A stretch of DNA of 53,934 bases from Pelomyxa schiedti (Eukaryota; Protista; Evosea): the NCBI GenBank assembly GCA_020536535.1, contig JAHLWZ010000810.1, forward strand, positions 73,122 to 127,055. The letters run 5' to 3'. Of this stretch, positions 50,471 through 53,934 are shown piece by piece. The notes under the pieces are model-generated. The model was not told where the DNA came from. It did no database searches and was given only the letters and a program-made list of their open reading frames with translations. Within the stretch, counting starts at the first letter, position 1. Each line of letters opens with the position of its first letter. A program made the position numbers and the translations under genes.

Positions 50471-50990
50471 CTAGTAGTAGGACGATGAAGCCGCAGCACC
50501 AGCAGCTCCCCCCAGCGACGACGAGTACTGCGGCCCGGAGGCAGATGTATACACGCCGCCGGTCCCTGTGGACGTGGGGTACTTGGTGCCGCCTCTCCTC
50601 CTCATGCTCGGCGACATTCGCCCGGTCACTGTGTGCCACTTCCTCCTGACCACGGCCCACGCCTGGGCGGCCCGCACTCTAGCTGATGTGACTAGCGGCA
50701 TTACCTGGTGGTTGCGATTATGGGATGTGCCGGTTCTCGGGGACTAGTGTGTCCACTGTAGACTGATGTGGTTTTTTGTCGTAATGGTGTTCTGTGGGGG
50801 CATTGTAAATGTATCACGACACAATTGTTGTGAGCGGGAAAGTACATGAGACTGTTTCTTTGTCGACGGTATCAACGAGCCACAAGGTTTGTTGTTGTGA
50901 CTTGTGGGATTTCATGTGTAGGGACCATCGTACGCCTAAGCGTGACTATCGCTGTGACCAACTTGCGGCGATTAGAACGCTTTCAGATCA
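50471..50990 (-). CDS. Possible small gene with a Gly/Ser/Tyr/Arg-rich C-terminal tail. Upstream exons are uncertain.
   Basis: The minus-strand terminal ORF reads ...AWAVVRRKWHTVTGRMSPSMRRRGGTKYPTSTGTGGVYTSASGPQYSSSLGGAAGAAASSSYY* in a GC-rich island. It converges on the 3' end of the GPI transferase gene. Confidence 0.2.
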
Positions 50991-51191
50991 AAAACAATCT
51001 GAGAACGGAAATTCACCTGAATCTAAAAAATACCATAATACCGAAAACCAAAGCAGAAAAAAAACAACAAAAATAATTCTAGAGATGGCAGCCAACGTAA
51101 TGGTTCGCTCGCCCTTTCTTACTTGGTCTTTTTTTCCCACAAGTCTCACGTTGTCTTTTTTTTGTGGTTTTTTTCCTTCCTTTTCTAGCCC

Positions 51192-53408
51192 ATGCAACAA
51201 TTGTTATCAGGGCCACCTGAAATCCCACGCGAGGACATAATTTTCAACCTCGATAATGACAGAATTGGTGGAGGTGCCTACGGTGATGTGTATAGGGCAA
51301 TTGTAAAAGGAATCAAAGTGGCCATCAAAGTGCCAAAAAAACAACAATGGGAAACTGAGGCAGAACTCCAGGCTTTTAAAGACGAAGTCGCCATTCTCAA
51401 GTACTTTTTCCATTACATGCAAATACCTCAGAAGAATAACGTACTTAGGGGAATATTCCACACCAATGTTGTACTTTTCTTAGGTGACTAACGCCCAATT
51501 CAATGTTGCCTTTGACACTTCACAGGAGCTTGCACTGCTCCAGGAAACGTCATTATCGTTTTAGAGCGCATGATGTGTGATGTGGACAGGCTGATTCACA
51601 AGCCCTTGGACACTGTTCCTCCTGAACTGCAAAACTTCCTTAAGGGTGGATTTAGTTTGTATAGAAAGCTTAAAATTGCTTATGAAACTGTACTTTTCTC
51701 CTTGCCTTTTATATCTTCCATAACTATATAAAACAAGGTTTTGGGAGTAAGCTGGCTTCACGATATCTGCAACATTGTCCACCGAGACTTGAAGCCCGCC
51801 AATTTACTAGTAAGCGCAAAACAATGGGGTGGGCAAGTTAACATTCATCTCAGTTGGATGACAACTTTCACGTGAAAGTCACTGATTTTGGTTTTTCTGA
51901 AATATATAGGGCTGATAAACGACAATGCGAGATGAAAGGAACAGGTTTGCACACTCACCAAAAACCTTTTTGTTTTTTCACCTGTTGCGTAGCTTTGTAC
52001 ATTGCCCCTGAAATTTGGAAGCTTGAAGTCTGCTCGAAAGCTTCTGATGTGTATTTCCTCACAGCCTTTTTATTTTATTTTTTTTTAGAAAAAAAAAATA
52101 TCTCCTTATCACTTATTTAGGTATTCTTTTGGTCTCATTCTTTGGGAGCTTCTCACTGAGGAAGATCCATTTGCTGCGTATAATGACATAGAACCGTTTT
52201 ATCAAGTAAAGTTTGAACATTTAAATGTTTTTTTCCTAATATGAACAGGATGTCATTGTACGTGGGCTGAGGCCTATCATTCCTGCGCAAATTCCATTTA
52301 GAAGAAGAACACCAGAGTCTACCTCTGTCACAACTAGGATACCACTTCCTACCTCACTTGTATGCTTGATATCATTTTTCTAAGTCTTGTTCAACACGTT
52401 GCAGGCACTTCTAATGCAAGAATGCTGGAATACTGACCCAAAAGCTCGTCCTACAATGCCACAGTTACAAGTGAAAATTGAGAATATTATTCTTGAAATT
52501 CTTGTAGAGTCACCAGCTGCCAGAACTTTCTGGTCAACCTATCTGCGAGGAGTGCGTGTTCACTTTTTGCCATGTTTTACTGTAACTCAATAGCCACAAG
52601 GAAGGTGGCAGTTTTAAGGAAGTTGTTACATGGGATGAGTTTATGAATGCTCTTTCATATGCCTCTGCTATACCTGCAGAGAATTTGAAACCTTTGCAAT
52701 CTCTCTTTTGCCGTATGTTCTGAATGCATCTCGATGGCGACGTGTAACTGTTCACAGCTGGTGACCCGGCTGAAAATAATCCTGGAAGCTTGGTCAGTTT
52801 GTCGCGGTTTGATCTTATGGAAAAATGGTTTGGGGACTTCTTCCTTCCAGAAGGGAAGCCCATTCTGTTTGAGGTATCCTTGTTGATTAATCGATTTTGG
52901 CTCAAATTCTTTTCCCATGATCAACAAAGATGCTCGAGCTACAGCAACAACCGTAAGTTCATCACTTGAGCCAGTTCTACTAAACTTATTTCCAAATCTG
53001 TTCAGGTGGTTTATGCAAGATGTAAGCAAGGAATACGCTGACTTGTGGCTTGGTGGACGTGACGACGGGTATTTCCTTGTGCGGCTCAGCAACAGCAATC
53101 CCCAAACATCACCTTTCACGATCTCGAAACGAAAAAGTCACCAGAATGTACATCGCCGGTAAGAATTCATTCTGCCTTGGCATAGCCACTAACCGTACAT
53201 CCCAGAATCCAACGATTAACCAGTGATACAACGAAAATAGCCCGATATTCCATAGAGACTGGTGCCGGGCCTGGATACCTCCAAGCCAACACTGTAAGTA
53301 ACCTGGTGGAGAGGCTCCGTGAAATCCGAAGCCTTACAACACCCTGCCCTCGCGAGATATTTGCCAGTGCCTATGTTGGTGTCCGTGTCACTCCTGGGCA
53401 AAGCTGGT
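51192..53408 (+). CDS. Protein kinase (TKL-like catalytic domain) fused to a C-terminal SH2 domain. The architecture matches the SHK-type SH2 domain kinases described in Dictyostelium. About 12 exons.
   Basis: Kinase subdomains can be read across the splice joins: IGGGAYGDVYRAIVKGIKVAIKV (GxGxxG and VAIK), HTNVVLFLGACTAPGNVIIVLERM, HRDLKPANLL (the HRDLKxxN catalytic loop), VKVTDFGFS (DFG), LYIAPEIW (APE), SDVYSFGLILWELLT and ALLMQECWNTDPKARP. After a linker (PAENNPGSLVSLSRFDLMEKWFGDFF...), the SH2 domain reads WFMQDVSKEYADLWLGGRDDGYFLVRLSNSNPQTSPFTISKRKSHQNVHR | RDTTKIARYSIETGAGPGYLQANTVSNLVERLREI, with the FLVR motif and an invariant Arg. Confidence 0.85.
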
Positions 53409-53934
53409 AATCATCATGCCTGATACAAACCCCTTTTCAACCCAAACACTCTGTGGTGTAAATCACAAAGAGAATAATAAGAAAAGACAAATTTGTTTTC
53501 ATGGTTTTTCTCCCCTTGTTTCTTTACGACGTTCAAACGGCGGAGCACACGTTTGGAGATAAACAGCGTCTTGAGTGGCAAGATGATTTCGGGAGACTGG
53601 TGAACATTTTTTTTGACATCTTTGAAACATTGGTCAAGTCACCAAGAAAACTTTGAGAAGTGTGACGCACTGCCAGTCCTGAAAGTTCTTTGTATGTAGC
53701 TTTTCTGTTGAGTGGTAGTTTCCAGTTTCATTCGTGCTATCCGTTCAGACACAGTGAATGGGAAGAACTCTATTATTTCTTTTCAAAGATTCTATTGTAA
53801 AAAAGTATGCAATGTCACCCCTCGTAACTACCGCACACATTTAGCCTGGTATTTATGTCCCGATTCTTTTTCCATATTTAACACTTTAAGCTTTTCTCAG
53901 TATCCATTTGTTTTAGAACCTGTTCTGAAAAGCG

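Overview
This window is compact eukaryotic nuclear DNA, not prokaryotic. There are roughly 25 genes in 54 kb on both strands. Most are split by many short introns of about 40-60 nt with GTATGT/GTAAGT donors and ...AG acceptors; for example, 3702..3744 joins two open frames exactly. Base composition is heterogeneous. The background is about 40-45% GC with many A/T homopolymer runs. Islands of roughly 70% GC coincide with exons that encode Ala/Gly/Pro/Ser-rich low-complexity protein segments. Genes I can recognise from conserved motifs: a WD40 protein, an atypical Rho-like GTPase, an F-box-like plus Hint-domain protein, serine O-acetyltransferase, NOP14, a TBC RabGAP, a Ulp1/SENP SUMO protease, an EF-hand protein, a pepsin-like aspartic protease, a PbH1/CASH beta-helix repeat protein (FBXO11-like), USP7 with a MATH domain, proteasome subunit alpha-5, an acidic coiled-coil protein, a DEAD-box helicase, a GPI ethanolamine-phosphate transferase, and a TKL kinase fused to a C-terminal SH2 domain (SHK-like). 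The SH2-kinase, the Hint domain and the short introns are consistent with an amoebozoan-like protist, but I cannot establish the organism from sequence alone. I saw no rRNA, convincing tRNA or CRISPR array, and no clear transposon. All exon and gene boundaries are approximate: they rest on ORF frames and hand-read splice sites, not on alignment.
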